NCBI GenBank assembly: GCA_040218735.1
Contig: JAVJQW010000008.1
Coordinates: 160,001 to 224,000, forward strand
Direction of reading: 5' to 3'
Length of the DNA: 64,000 bases
Origin: Deltaproteobacteria bacterium
Lineage (GTDB): Bacteria; Myxococcota; Kuafuiibacteriia; Kuafuiibacteriales; Kuafuiibacteriaceae
Shown here piece by piece: positions 29,497 to 38,990 of the stretch. Below the pieces are notes generated by a model, which saw nothing but the letters and a program-made list of their open reading frames with translations, was not told the origin of the DNA and did no database searches. A program made the position numbers and the translations under genes. Position 1 is the first letter of the stretch. Every line of letters begins with the position of its first letter.

Positions 29497-30819
29497 ATGT
29501 ACGACTGGTCCGGCGCGGCGCGCCCGTTCGCCTTCTTCTGTCTCACGTCCGCGGCCCTCGCCTGCGGCGCACCGCCCGCGGGCGAAGCCGACGTCACCTC
29601 CGGACCCGAGACGGAGCTCGGCTTCGTCGGCTCGAACCTCACGGTCTGCGAAGCGATCGAGTCGCCCGCCCTCGTCGAGGCCGGCACCAACCTCGAAGAG
29701 CGGGCGTACGACTTCGGCCGCCTCAGCGCCGAGCTCGCCAACGACCTCGAGATGCAGGCGATCACCGGCATCGTGACGATCGACGACTGCGAGGACGCCC
29801 TCGCGTTCGTCGAGGCACGCGTCGCGCGCGACGTCGGGCAGGGCTCACTCGAGCCGGTCCTCGCCGACGCCGGCTACCCGTCGGAGCTCGACGAAGACGG
29901 CTTCGGAACGACCGTCCGGGGTATCTGGAACGGGGAGCCGAGCGGCGACCAGCGCATCCTCCGTATCCGGATCCCGAACCAGCTCGGCTCACCTGGCGAT
30001 GCGGATCCGTCGGACGGTTCCTTCAAGGGCTGCTCCGCGATCGCGTTCTCGCCGCGGCACCTCCTGACTTCGGCGCACTGCATCCCGGGGGGCGTGAGCG
30101 GCTACTGGCGAGTCCGCGCGTTCCGCGGCGACTCCAGCGGGAGTGATCGCGGCACGCCGATCCTCCTCGGCAACTACCGCGCGTACATCTACGTGCACCC
30201 GAACTACACGGGGTCGGGTGACACCGAAGACGACGTGGCGCTCATCTCCATGGCGCGTCAGTGTGTGAACAACAACGAGCGCGACGCGGTCACCGTGTGC
30301 TCGGGCTCGCCGTGGGAGCGCACACCCAACAACACGAACCTGATGCGCCTGTGGCTCGGCAACATCTCCGTGAGCACCGCGATGACGATCAAGGGCTTCG
30401 GAACCACGAGCCGCTACTCGGCGACGCCCGCGCGGCTGCACTTCGGAGACGACGGCGCGCAGGTCTCGATCGACTGGACGGGCTCGAAGCACTTCCTCAC
30501 CGACGACGAGAAGAAGGCGATCATCTGCAAGGGCGACTCGGGCGGCCCCGCGATGATGACGGCGGACTGGGCTTCCTACGCGGCGGGTGTCGCGTCGAAC
30601 GCGACGATGTACGGCGATCAGATCTGCGCGAAGACGACCGGCGTCCGGAAGCAGCGCTGGCACCGTATCAGCGGCTCGTTCGCGAACTGGGCGGAGCCGA
30701 AGCTCGACAGCAACCCGTGGTTCTCGTGCCCGCTGTCCGGCTCGAACTGCTGCCACCGCGCGTCGTCCGCGAACGCGTACACCGAGCTGGCGAACCACAC
30801 CTACGCGCGCTGCTGGTAG
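29497..30819 (+). CDS. Secreted trypsin-like (S1) serine protease, probable lipoprotein with N-terminal pro-region
   Basis: Catalytic triad motifs LLTSAHC, DDVALI, CKGDSGGP; activation-like RGIWNGE; ALAC lipobox; AGGAG RBS. Confidence 0.87.
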   Translation: MYDWSGAARPFAFFCLTSAALACGAPPAGEADVTSGPETELGFVGSNLTVCEAIESPALVEAGTNLEERAYDFGRLSAELANDLEMQAITGIVTIDDCEDALAFVEARVARDVGQGSLEPVLADAGYPSELDEDGFGTTVRGIWNGEPSGDQRILRIRIPNQLGSPGDADPSDGSFKGCSAIAFSPRHLLTSAHCIPGGVSGYWRVRAFRGDSSGSDRGTPILLGNYRAYIYVHPNYTGSGDTEDDVALISMARQCVNNNERDAVTVCSGSPWERTPNNTNLMRLWLGNISVSTAMTIKGFGTTSRYSATPARLHFGDDGAQVSIDWTGSKHFLTDDEKKAIICKGDSGGPAMMTADWASYAAGVASNATMYGDQICAKTTGVRKQRWHRISGSFANWAEPKLDSNPWFSCPLSGSNCCHRASSANAYTELANHTYARCW

Positions 30820-30823
30820 GTGC

Positions 30824-32104
30824 TCACACCCGAAGGAGCTGGGTGAGCGGGCCCTGACTCCCGTCACCCCAACCGTCGAACGGCGCACCTGCCGCGCGCG
30901 CTACCGTCGCGAGCAGGTCGCCGTGTCGCCGGTCGCCCACGTCCACGAACCTCCCCGTATCGATCGCGCCGCTCGCGCCCCCCGCGAGCACGAAGGGGAG
31001 GTCGTGGTGACTGTGGTCGTCGCCGTCGGAAACCTCGGTGCAGAACAGCACCAGGGTGTGGTCGAGCATGGTGCCGTCGCCCTCCGGATGCATCGCGAGG
31101 CGATCCATCAAGTGAGCGAGGCGATCCGCGAACCACCGCCGCTGCGCGACGTACGTGTCGAGGAGCATGCCGCTCCCGCCGTAGTGCGAAGCCTCGTGGC
31201 TGCGGGTGTCGCGGGTGTTGGTCATCTCCGCGTTCGGGATGCGGCTCATGATGAGCTCGCTGGTGTGGTGCGAGCACTGGAGCACGCCGACCTGCGTGAG
31301 GTTGCAGGCCATCGCCTCCACCATCACGTCGATCTGCAGGTTCAACAGATCGCCGAAGCGCTCCGGCGCGTAGAGGTCCGTCACCGAACCCACCGCGATG
31401 GCCGGGTCGTCGCACGTCGGAGGCATCGCCGTGGTGTTGCGGACGCGCTCCTCGACTTCGCGGAGTGACTCGAGGTGTAAAGACAACTTGCGCTGCTCGA
31501 CGGCGCCGAGGTCCGCGCTGAACGCCTCGAGGTCCGCGCGCATCGCGTCGATGACCGTGACGTCCGAGCTCGGCGCGGCGGGGTCGCGCGGGGTCGCGCC
31601 GGTGAAGAGACGCGCGAACGCGAGCCGGGGATCGTCCTCCGGCGCGATCGTCTGCTCGGAGCCGACGTAGCTGATGTGTTTGTCGCCCGACGCCCCGTTC
31701 TGGTTGGCCTGCACGCCGAGGTAGAGGTGGCGGTGCGGCGCGCCGGAGTAGACGGTGCGCGCGAGGCCGTGGTCCAGCGATTCGCCGCGACCGCCGTCCT
31801 TCGCGGTGAGGAGCTTCTTGGCGCCGCCCGGGTGGCTGCCGGAGTCGGTCGGCCCCGAGCCGAGACCGCTGAGGAACACACAGCGATCCTTGTGTCGTTC
31901 GAGGGGCGCGAGCTGGTGCGACAACGAAAGCGAGGCGCCGCTCCCGCTCGGGCGCCACGACGCGCGGTGCACGCCGTCGGGGTAGTAGAAGAAGATCACC
32001 CGGTGCGCGGTCGACGCGGCGCGCGCGGTGAGCGCCGAGCGCGTGAGGTACCAGGGCACGACGGCGGCGCCGAGCCCGGCCTTGAGGAAGCTGCGGCGGT
32101 TCAT
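30824..32104 (-). CDS. DUF1552 domain protein with Tat signal
   Basis: MNRRSFLKAG Tat motif; IFFYYPDG, HLESLREVEER, SHEASHY, MLDHTLV, HSHHDLPFVLAGG. Confidence 0.85.
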   Translation of the reverse strand: MNRRSFLKAGLGAAVVPWYLTRSALTARAASTAHRVIFFYYPDGVHRASWRPSGSGASLSLSHQLAPLERHKDRCVFLSGLGSGPTDSGSHPGGAKKLLTAKDGGRGESLDHGLARTVYSGAPHRHLYLGVQANQNGASGDKHISYVGSEQTIAPEDDPRLAFARLFTGATPRDPAAPSSDVTVIDAMRADLEAFSADLGAVEQRKLSLHLESLREVEERVRNTTAMPPTCDDPAIAVGSVTDLYAPERFGDLLNLQIDVMVEAMACNLTQVGVLQCSHHTSELIMSRIPNAEMTNTRDTRSHEASHYGGSGMLLDTYVAQRRWFADRLAHLMDRLAMHPEGDGTMLDHTLVLFCTEVSDGDDHSHHDLPFVLAGGASGAIDTGRFVDVGDRRHGDLLATVARAAGAPFDGWGDGSQGPLTQLLRV

Positions 32105-34296
32105 GGCGCCCTCCGCCGGACGAAGGCGTCGTCCGCGACGATGTCGAGTAACAGGTCCCGCACGTTGCGGCCGTTGGCGCGGAATCGATCCGCGATTGCG
32201 GCGATCGTGCAGGCATCCGCGTCTTCGTTCGTCTGGCCGGTCTGGTAGCGCCACACCTGCGTGGTGAAACACGTCGCGACGCGGTCGGACGCGGCGAGCG
32301 CCTGCGCGAGGCCTTCGAGATCTGCGAAGTCGGTGGCGGTGCCGTCGCCGAACGCCTCCACGTCCTCGAGGGCGCCCGTCGTGTCGATCGGGTGGCCGTT
32401 TTCTTCGGTGCGCGGACGACCGACGGTGTCGAACGTCTCGAACGCGAAGCCGACCTCGTCGAGGTAGCGGTGGCACGCGTGGCAGCGCGGGTTCTCGGAG
32501 TGCTGCGCGAAGCGCTCGCGGGTCGTGGCGTTCGGGTCGACGTTCGGCACGCCCCCCGCGTCCGGCGGCGGGACGCCGAAGGCCTGGCAGAGGATCCGCT
32601 CGCGGACGAGCTTGCCACGGAGGATCGGCGACGTCTGATCGGAGTGCCCGTACGACGCGAGCACACTGCCGTGCGCGAGGACGCCCGCGGCGGGGCGCGC
32701 GACTTGTTCGCCGTCGAAGTCGCGGCCGTGGAACGCCGCGAGCGTCGCGTCCTGGAAGCCGAAGTCCGCGGTGAGGAGGGTGTCGAGGTCGCCGTCGGAG
32801 TCGAGCGCGACGTCCGTGAAGAACCTCCGTGTGGAGGCGAGCATCGACGCGCGCACCTCGGGGCTGAAGTCGCCGTAGGTGGCCGGTTGTTTGTCGACGG
32901 TCATCACCCGTTCGGCGCCGAGCCACGCGGTGGCGAAGCGGCCGAGGGAGACCTCCGCGCGTGGGTCGTCGAGCATCCGGTTCGCTTCGGCGCGACGCAC
33001 GGCGGGATCGAGCAGCGTGCCGTCCGCCGCGTGAGCGAGGAGGGCCTCGTCCGGAGGCGAGGACCACAGGAAGTAGGCGAGGGCCGACGCGACCTCGTAG
33101 GCGTCGAGGGCGAAGTCGTCGCCGTCGGCCTGGCCGAGCTCGGTGCGGTAGAGGAAACGCGGCGACGCGAGCATCACGCGCACGGCGTCGGCGACGCCGG
33201 CTTCGAACGTCTCGGCGCCGCGGATGAGCGCCGCGAAGCGTTCGATCTCCTCAGTAGAAAGCGGTCGCCGGAACGCGCGTGCGCCGAAGCGCTCCACGAA
33301 GGTGTTCGCGCAAGCGTCGCTCGGTGCGCAGGTGATCCAGTCGTCGAGCCTATCCACGACGCGCGCGGCGAGCGCCGCCGTCGCGTTGAAGTGTTCGGTG
33401 ACGTGGACCGGCGTGACGACCGCCGAGTCCGCGTGGTCGTCGAACGGGAAGTGGTCGGGGCGGATCTCCGCGGGGAGGCCGCGGTACGGATCTTCGGCCG
33501 CCGGAGCGTTCGTGCAGTCGATGGTGATCTGCGAGTTGAACCCGCCGAACCCGTCGGGCGCGCGCTCGGAGGCGTTCGGATCCTCGAGCCACGTGCCGTC
33601 GACCACGAGTTTGTAGGTGTGCGCGCCGTCGGCGAGCACGCGCTCCAGGACAAACGCGCCGCGGAGCTCCGACCAGGTCATCGGCCAGCCGCCCTCGGCT
33701 TCCGTCGCAGCCCAACCGTTGAAGCTGCCCGCGACGATCACCGTCGAGCCGCGCGCGCCTTGGAACGTGAAGCGATGGGTCCCGCACGCGGTCGTCGGTG
33801 CGAGCGCGGCGACGGTGCGGCGCAGCTCGTGTCGTGTGAGCAGTCGGATGCGGCGCGGCGCAAACCTCGTCTCGGCGTTCGCGCAGGTCGACTCGACGAC
33901 GGGGGCGATCGTGTCGAGGGCGTCGAAGATCGTCTTCGCGCACGCGCGGTCGCAGGCCTCGGGGCGGCCGACCGGCATGCGTGTCTCCACGGCGTCGAGG
34001 AACGCGGTCTCGCCGCGGGCCCACCCGGCGAGGATCGGTGCGACGCCGCCGGTCCCGGCGGGGCCGTGGCAGGTCGCGCACTGCATCGCGTACAGCTCGG
34101 GGCCGGTGGCGTTCGGCGGCGGGTCGGGGATGGGGGCCACCGTCGGCGGCGGGTTGGTCTCGCGGCGCGGGGCGGTCGCGTCCGGACGTGGACAGGCCGT
34201 CACCATCAGGGTGACCGACCCGACCAAGGCTGACCACGAACCGCTCCGCACCCGCGTCTGTCGTCGCCCCCGCGACGACCCGAGCAGCATAGTCAC
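32101..34296 (-). CDS. DUF1592/1588/1585/1587/1595 (PSD/PSCyt) protein with N-terminal cytochrome c and inserted CBM48-like domain
   Basis: CATCHG heme motif; RRIRLLTRHEL; VIVAGSFNGW...YKLVVDGTWLEDP; FGARAFRRPL, SPRFLYR, TSPILRG, CHACH; true start likely further downstream (about 34207-34260). Confidence 0.82.
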   Translation of the reverse strand: MTMLLGSSRGRRQTRVRSGSWSALVGSVTLMVTACPRPDATAPRRETNPPPTVAPIPDPPPNATGPELYAMQCATCHGPAGTGGVAPILAGWARGETAFLDAVETRMPVGRPEACDRACAKTIFDALDTIAPVVESTCANAETRFAPRRIRLLTRHELRRTVAALAPTTACGTHRFTFQGARGSTVIVAGSFNGWAATEAEGGWPMTWSELRGAFVLERVLADGAHTYKLVVDGTWLEDPNASERAPDGFGGFNSQITIDCTNAPAAEDPYRGLPAEIRPDHFPFDDHADSAVVTPVHVTEHFNATAALAARVVDRLDDWITCAPSDACANTFVERFGARAFRRPLSTEEIERFAALIRGAETFEAGVADAVRVMLASPRFLYRTELGQADGDDFALDAYEVASALAYFLWSSPPDEALLAHAADGTLLDPAVRRAEANRMLDDPRAEVSLGRFATAWLGAERVMTVDKQPATYGDFSPEVRASMLASTRRFFTDVALDSDGDLDTLLTADFGFQDATLAAFHGRDFDGEQVARPAAGVLAHGSVLASYGHSDQTSPILRGKLVRERILCQAFGVPPPDAGGVPNVDPNATTRERFAQHSENPRCHACHRYLDEVGFAFETFDTVGRPRTEENGHPIDTTGALEDVEAFGDGTATDFADLEGLAQALAASDRVATCFTTQVWRYQTGQTNEDADACTIAAIADRFRANGRNVRDLLLDIVADDAFVRRRAP

Positions 34297-34373
34297 TCAG
34301 CCGTGAGTTACGATTCGACAGGTGGCGGATGGGACGCGCGACCACACTCGAACATTGAGTATCCTGCGGGACG

Positions 34374-35372
34374 TTGGACTACGGCGAGCTGCGGCGGATC
34401 GGCTTCGATCTCGACGGGGACCCGGGCCCGCCGATCGACCCGGCGGGGAAACACATCCTCCTCGTGTACCTGTTTCCGGCGCTCGGTGACGCCGTGCTGT
34501 TGGCGCCGGTGGCGCGGGCGCTGCTCGACGCCGGGGCCGAGGTCGACGTGTTGCTCCGCCCGAGCGGGGCGCGGATCTGGCGTCACGTCGACCTGCCGGT
34601 GCGGGTCATCGAGGTCGGTGACCCGCTCGACGCCGACTACGACGTGGCGGTCGACCTCACCCGTCGCTTCGACGCGGACGGGCGTCCGCACCTGGCCCGA
34701 GCGCCGGTGCGGCTCGGTTGGATGGGGGAGGACGAGCCGAACCCGCCGCCGGGCCTGACGTTCGGGACGGTCGATCACCGCATCCAGGCGGACCGGCACT
34801 GGTCGCGGCTGCAGATGCTCCCGCTCCGTTGCTTCGGCGTGAAGGAGCCGATCTTCGACGTCCCGTTCCGCATCGACGACGCGGCGCGCGCCGCGGCGGA
34901 CGCGATGTGGACCTCGAAGCCGCGCGTCCTCGTGGTGCCCGGCTCGCGTGAAGCGCGCAAGCTCTGGCGCCCGAACGCGTACGCGATCGCGGGCGGCGCG
35001 CTGCGCGAAGACGGCGCCAGCCTCGTCGTCGTCGGTGCGCCGGCGGAGGCGGATCGGATCGAGGAGGTGGCGGATCGGATCGGTGCGCCCACGTACACCG
35101 GTTCGGATCTCGGGCAGCTCCTCGCGTTGGTGCAGGGCGCGGACATCGTGCTGACGAACGACACTGGGCCGCTCCACCTCGCGTACCTGAGCGACGTGCC
35201 GACGGTGGCGGTCTTCACGCAGATGCCGACCGTCGCGTGGGGCCCGCCGCACCGCACGGAGCGGCACATCGTGATTCGCGTGGACGCGGCGGTGGAGCAG
35301 GCGTCGGACGCGATGTGCGGCGACGCGCTGGCGAACGCGGTGCGCGCGTTGCTGGCGCGGGTCGAGTCCTGA
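34374..35372 (+). CDS. Glycosyltransferase family 9 (heptosyltransferase-like)
   Basis: ALGDAVL, VVPGS...KLW, VLTNDTGPLHLA, WGP motifs. Confidence 0.87.
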   Translation: MDYGELRRIGFDLDGDPGPPIDPAGKHILLVYLFPALGDAVLLAPVARALLDAGAEVDVLLRPSGARIWRHVDLPVRVIEVGDPLDADYDVAVDLTRRFDADGRPHLARAPVRLGWMGEDEPNPPPGLTFGTVDHRIQADRHWSRLQMLPLRCFGVKEPIFDVPFRIDDAARAAADAMWTSKPRVLVVPGSREARKLWRPNAYAIAGGALREDGASLVVVGAPAEADRIEEVADRIGAPTYTGSDLGQLLALVQGADIVLTNDTGPLHLAYLSDVPTVAVFTQMPTVAWGPPHRTERHIVIRVDAAVEQASDAMCGDALANAVRALLARVES

Positions 35373-35432
35373 GCGGCGCTTGACGCAGCGCACGACGCGA
35401 CCATCCAAGGGGGCGCAAAGGATCGAACGAAC

Positions 35433-36551
35433 GTGCCCAGGGATCTCTACGAAACGCTCGGTGTGTCGCGCACGGCGTCGGCCGCCGAGATCAAGAAGGC
35501 GTACAAGCAGCTCGCGCGGAAGTACCACCCCGACAAGAACCAGGGGGACGCTGCGGCGGAGGCGCGCTTCAAGGAGATCGGTTCTGCGTACGAGGTCCTC
35601 GGCGACGAGGACAAACGCAAGCTCTACGACGAGTTCGGCGAGGACGCCGAAAAGCTCGGCTTCGACGCCGAGAAGGCCCAGGCCTACCGCGCTTACTCCG
35701 CGGGTGGCGGAAACGGCTTCCCCGGCGGCGGTTTAGCGGGTGGCGTCGACCTCGGCGACATCTTCTCCGATCTGTTCGGAGGCGGCGGCGGCTTCGGCGG
35801 CTTCAACGGTCGCCGGCCCGCGCCGCGCCAGGGCGCGGACGTCACCACCGAGCTCACCGTCGACTTCGTCGACGCGATAAGCGGGACCAAGCCCACGATC
35901 GAGATCGACAAACCCGTCGCCTGCGGAACGTGCTCCGGATCGGGGCGCGCGGGCGCCGCGACGACCTGCGCGGGGTGCGGCGGCTCCGGTCGCGCGAACG
36001 TCGCGCACGGGCCGGTCCAGGTGCAGGCCGCGTGTCGGTCGTGCGGCGGGAGCGGACGCAGCGCGCCCGCGTGCTCGACGTGTCGCGGCTCTGGCCAAAC
36101 GACGAAGCGCACGAAGCTCACGGTCAACATCCCGCCCGGCGTCGAAGACGGCCAGAAGATCCGCCTCGCCGGCCAGGGCGCGCCCGGTCGCAACGGCGGT
36201 CCCGCGGGGCACCTGTTCATCCAGGTTCGCGTCCGCCCGCACGCGCTGTTCGAGCGCCGCGGACGGAACCTCGAGTACACACTCCCGATCACCGTCGGTG
36301 AGGCGATGCTCGGCGCCGAGATCGACGCCCCCACCCTCGACGGCCGCGTGAACCTCCGCATCCCGCCGAACGCGCAGTCCGGGCAGAAGCTCCGGCTACG
36401 CGGCAAGGGCGTGCCCGCGTCGAAGAAGGACGCCGCGGGTGACTTGTTCGTGCGCCTGTCGGTGGTGGTGCCGAAGGCCGGGACGGACGAGGCGAAGAAA
36501 CTCGCCGCCGCCATCGACGCGCTCTACGACGAGGACGTTCGCACGGCCTGA
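35433..36551 (+). CDS. dnaJ: DnaJ class I molecular chaperone
   Basis: J-domain with HPD, G/F region, four CxxCxGxG repeats, C-terminal domain. Confidence 0.9.
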   Translation: MPRDLYETLGVSRTASAAEIKKAYKQLARKYHPDKNQGDAAAEARFKEIGSAYEVLGDEDKRKLYDEFGEDAEKLGFDAEKAQAYRAYSAGGGNGFPGGGLAGGVDLGDIFSDLFGGGGGFGGFNGRRPAPRQGADVTTELTVDFVDAISGTKPTIEIDKPVACGTCSGSGRAGAATTCAGCGGSGRANVAHGPVQVQAACRSCGGSGRSAPACSTCRGSGQTTKRTKLTVNIPPGVEDGQKIRLAGQGAPGRNGGPAGHLFIQVRVRPHALFERRGRNLEYTLPITVGEAMLGAEIDAPTLDGRVNLRIPPNAQSGQKLRLRGKGVPASKKDAAGDLFVRLSVVVPKAGTDEAKKLAAAIDALYDEDVRTA

Positions 36552-36554
36552 GCT

Positions 36555-37424
36555 CTAATCTCCCGGGACGCCGTCGACGTCCATCCACCACGGCGTCTCA
36601 CCCTCGTACGGAGGGAGCGCGTAGAGCCGTCGAAGCGCGTCGAGCACGGCGCCGTGATAGATGGTTGCGTGGGTGTCCGTCGCGGCGCGATCCGCGTGGG
36701 TCACCTTCAACCCTTCGGGTTTGGTCTCGGCGAGCGCGGCGAGGAACAGGTCGGTGCCGACCTTCATCGCGCCACCCTCGTCGGCGGTCGCGATGTACAG
36801 TCGGCGATCCGAAGCCCCGTGCTCCGCGAGCTTCGCCGATGCCTCGCGCGCCACGCGTCGGGCGTCCCACCATAGGCTCGGTGAGATCGCGAGGTAGTCG
36901 TCGAACGCGTCCGGAGCGTCGAGGAACGTGTCGACGACGAACAGGCCGGCCAAGCTCTCCCCGACGAGGACACGACGTTTGCCGGTTCGGTATCGCGCCT
37001 CGACGAATGGTCGAACCTCGTCGAGGATGAAGCGACGAAACTCGGCGGCGCCGCCCGCTTTCGGAAACCCCTTTCGAAAACGGGGGTCCTCAGGAGGTGG
37101 CGTCAGCTCGTGCTGGCGATCCTTGGTCTGAATGCCGACCACGACGAACGTCTCGTACGTCCAAGAGAGCGCGCCCAGGTGAGCGAGACCGGCGATGTGT
37201 TCGAAGTCCTGATCGAGCGCACCGTCGAGGAGGTAGATCGTGCCGTGTATCGGCCGCCCCTCCTCGTAGCCCGGTGGCACCCAGACGTTGATCTCCCGCG
37301 CGTCGCCGAGGATCGCGGTCGTCAGCGCGTGCGTTTCGCCGATGACGATGGGCTTCGTATTCGAACCGGACGTGGCACATGCGAGCAGGCCTGTGGACAG
37401 GAGCGGTAGGAGTTGGCGGATCAC
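36555..37424 (-). CDS. IroE-like alpha/beta hydrolase (esterase), lipoprotein
   Basis: LLAC lipobox; IYLLDG, GESLAG nucleophile elbow, ISPSLWW, THATIYH. Confidence 0.85.
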   Translation of the reverse strand: MIRQLLPLLSTGLLACATSGSNTKPIVIGETHALTTAILGDAREINVWVPPGYEEGRPIHGTIYLLDGALDQDFEHIAGLAHLGALSWTYETFVVVGIQTKDRQHELTPPPEDPRFRKGFPKAGGAAEFRRFILDEVRPFVEARYRTGKRRVLVGESLAGLFVVDTFLDAPDAFDDYLAISPSLWWDARRVAREASAKLAEHGASDRRLYIATADEGGAMKVGTDLFLAALAETKPEGLKVTHADRAATDTHATIYHGAVLDALRRLYALPPYEGETPWWMDVDGVPGD

Positions 37425-37467
37425 TTCGCGGGCATAGGTCGTCGTTGGGCGCGGAGCAACCGTGGGT

Positions 37468-38283
37468 CTACGTGTCGCCGTCGATCCACGCTTGCCAGTC
37501 GTCGTCGGGTTCGGGGGCGAGCCAGTAGGTCGTGTCGTCGCGGATCTTCGTCGCGTTCGGGGGCGTGGCGATCGTGACGCCGCCGCTCCAGAAGCTCTCG
37601 AGCGTTCCCGTCTCGAACTCGGCGCCGAGGATGCCGACGTCGGCGCGGAGCGCGACGGTGGGCCAGAACTTCGTCTCGTTCTTCAGCAGGTGGATGTACG
37701 GGCGGTCGACGTGCAGCTCGAAGCGGATCGTGTCGTTGACGAGGTCGCGGCGCACGACGGTGCCGATGGTGAGGCCGCGGTAGTAGATCGGCGCGCCCGG
37801 TTGGATGCCGTGGGTCTGCTTCGCGAACAACAGGTAGCGCTGGCCGGCGCGGTCGGCGGCGACGGCGGGGGCTTCGGGCAACATGTCGAACTCGGTCTGC
37901 TCCGGGCCTTCGCCGGGATCGACCGTGACATAGGCGCCGGAGCGCAGCGCTTCGAGCCCGCGGACGCGGCCGACTTCGAGCTTCGGTGTGACGACCCAGA
38001 ACTTCGACCCCTCGCGTGCGAGCTGTTCGGCCCAACGCTCGATCGTGACCTCGACCTTCACTTCGGAGGCTTCGGGGTCGAGGCGGATGTCGGTGACGCG
38101 GCCGCACTCCACGCCGCGGTAGCGCAGCTTCGAGACGTCGACTTCGAGGCCCGCGTTTCGGTCGGCGCGAAGCACGAGCGTGGCGCCCTTGGAACGCACC
38201 TCGCGGATCAGGAGGAACGCGGCGGCGATCGCCGCGATGACGGGCATGAGCCAGGGCAACAAGCGGGAGGATTTGATGGTCAC
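37468..38283 (-). CDS. pqiB: PqiB/MlaD family protein with two MCE domains
   Basis: N-terminal TM (PWLMPVIAAIAAAFL), GLEVDVSKLRYRGVECGRV, KFWVV, GAPIYYRGLTIGTV, TKFW; GTG 38283 overlaps pqiA stop. Confidence 0.82.
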   Translation of the reverse strand: MTIKSSRLLPWLMPVIAAIAAAFLLIREVRSKGATLVLRADRNAGLEVDVSKLRYRGVECGRVTDIRLDPEASEVKVEVTIERWAEQLAREGSKFWVVTPKLEVGRVRGLEALRSGAYVTVDPGEGPEQTEFDMLPEAPAVAADRAGQRYLLFAKQTHGIQPGAPIYYRGLTIGTVVRRDLVNDTIRFELHVDRPYIHLLKNETKFWPTVALRADVGILGAEFETGTLESFWSGGVTIATPPNATKIRDDTTYWLAPEPDDDWQAWIDGDT

Positions 38284-38792
38284 GGGGTCACTCCTTGGGC
38301 GTCGGCGGCGGCGCGGAGGTTCTGGGTCGCGATGATCGTCAGCACCACCACCGCGGCGAACGCGAAGATGCCGGCGCGCGGCACGATGTAAGTGAGGTCG
38401 CCGAAACGAACGACGGAGATCGCGACGGCGAGCAGGAACACGTCGAGCATCGACCACGGTCCGATGCGCTCGAGGAACGCCAGACCGCGACCGACGAGCT
38501 TGGGTGAAGTGTCACGACCGAGCGCGACCGAAACCCAGAAGACACCGACGATCTTGATGAGCGGGATGACCATGCTCGCGATGAACACGATCGCCGCGAG
38601 GGTCATCTCGGACGCTTCGACGAGCTCGATGACGCCGGCCCAGATCGTCATCTCTTGCTGACGTCCGAAGCTCGCGTGCTCGAAGATCGGGAGCAGGTTC
38701 GCCGGCACGTAGAGGAGCAGCGCCGAGAGCGCGAACGCGGTCGCGTAGCTACGTCGTGTTCGCGCGTCCGCCATCGGCACCAACGAGAGCAA
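38280..38792 (-). CDS. pqiA: Paraquat-inducible protein A (single PqiA domain)
   Basis: LYVPANLLPI, TIWAGVIEL, IGPWSMLDVFLLA motifs; start may be ATG 38774. Confidence 0.87.
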   Translation of the reverse strand: MLSLVPMADARTRRSYATAFALSALLLYVPANLLPIFEHASFGRQQEMTIWAGVIELVEASEMTLAAIVFIASMVIPLIKIVGVFWVSVALGRDTSPKLVGRGLAFLERIGPWSMLDVFLLAVAISVVRFGDLTYIVPRAGIFAFAAVVVLTIIATQNLRAAADAQGVTP

Positions 38793-38961
38793 GGCGTGTG
38801 CCGCGCCCTCGGCGGTGTGGATGGCGCGCCGGATCGTGGCAGATCACCACGCGCGCGGCGTCCTGGTGGGATCCTGTTCTTCCTACGGTCCTTTCGCACT
38901 CGGCCGGGTGCACTCGTCGATGCAGTGCACACGATCTCGCCCTGAAAACGCCTGATTTGCC

Positions 38962-38977
38962 TGGCCTCTCGTTTGCT
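38962..38977 (+). promoter_or_regulatory. Putative sigma54 (-24/-12) promoter
   Basis: TGGCCTCTCGTTTGCT: GG-N10-GC with TGGC and TTGC cores immediately upstream of the 1000-aa gene. Confidence 0.55.
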
Positions 38978-38990
38978 CTGGCTGCGCGCC

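Noticed and set aside
34374-36551. GT9 + dnaJ as a functional unit
   Set aside because: Ordinary housekeeping genes with no evidence of linkage beyond adjacency.
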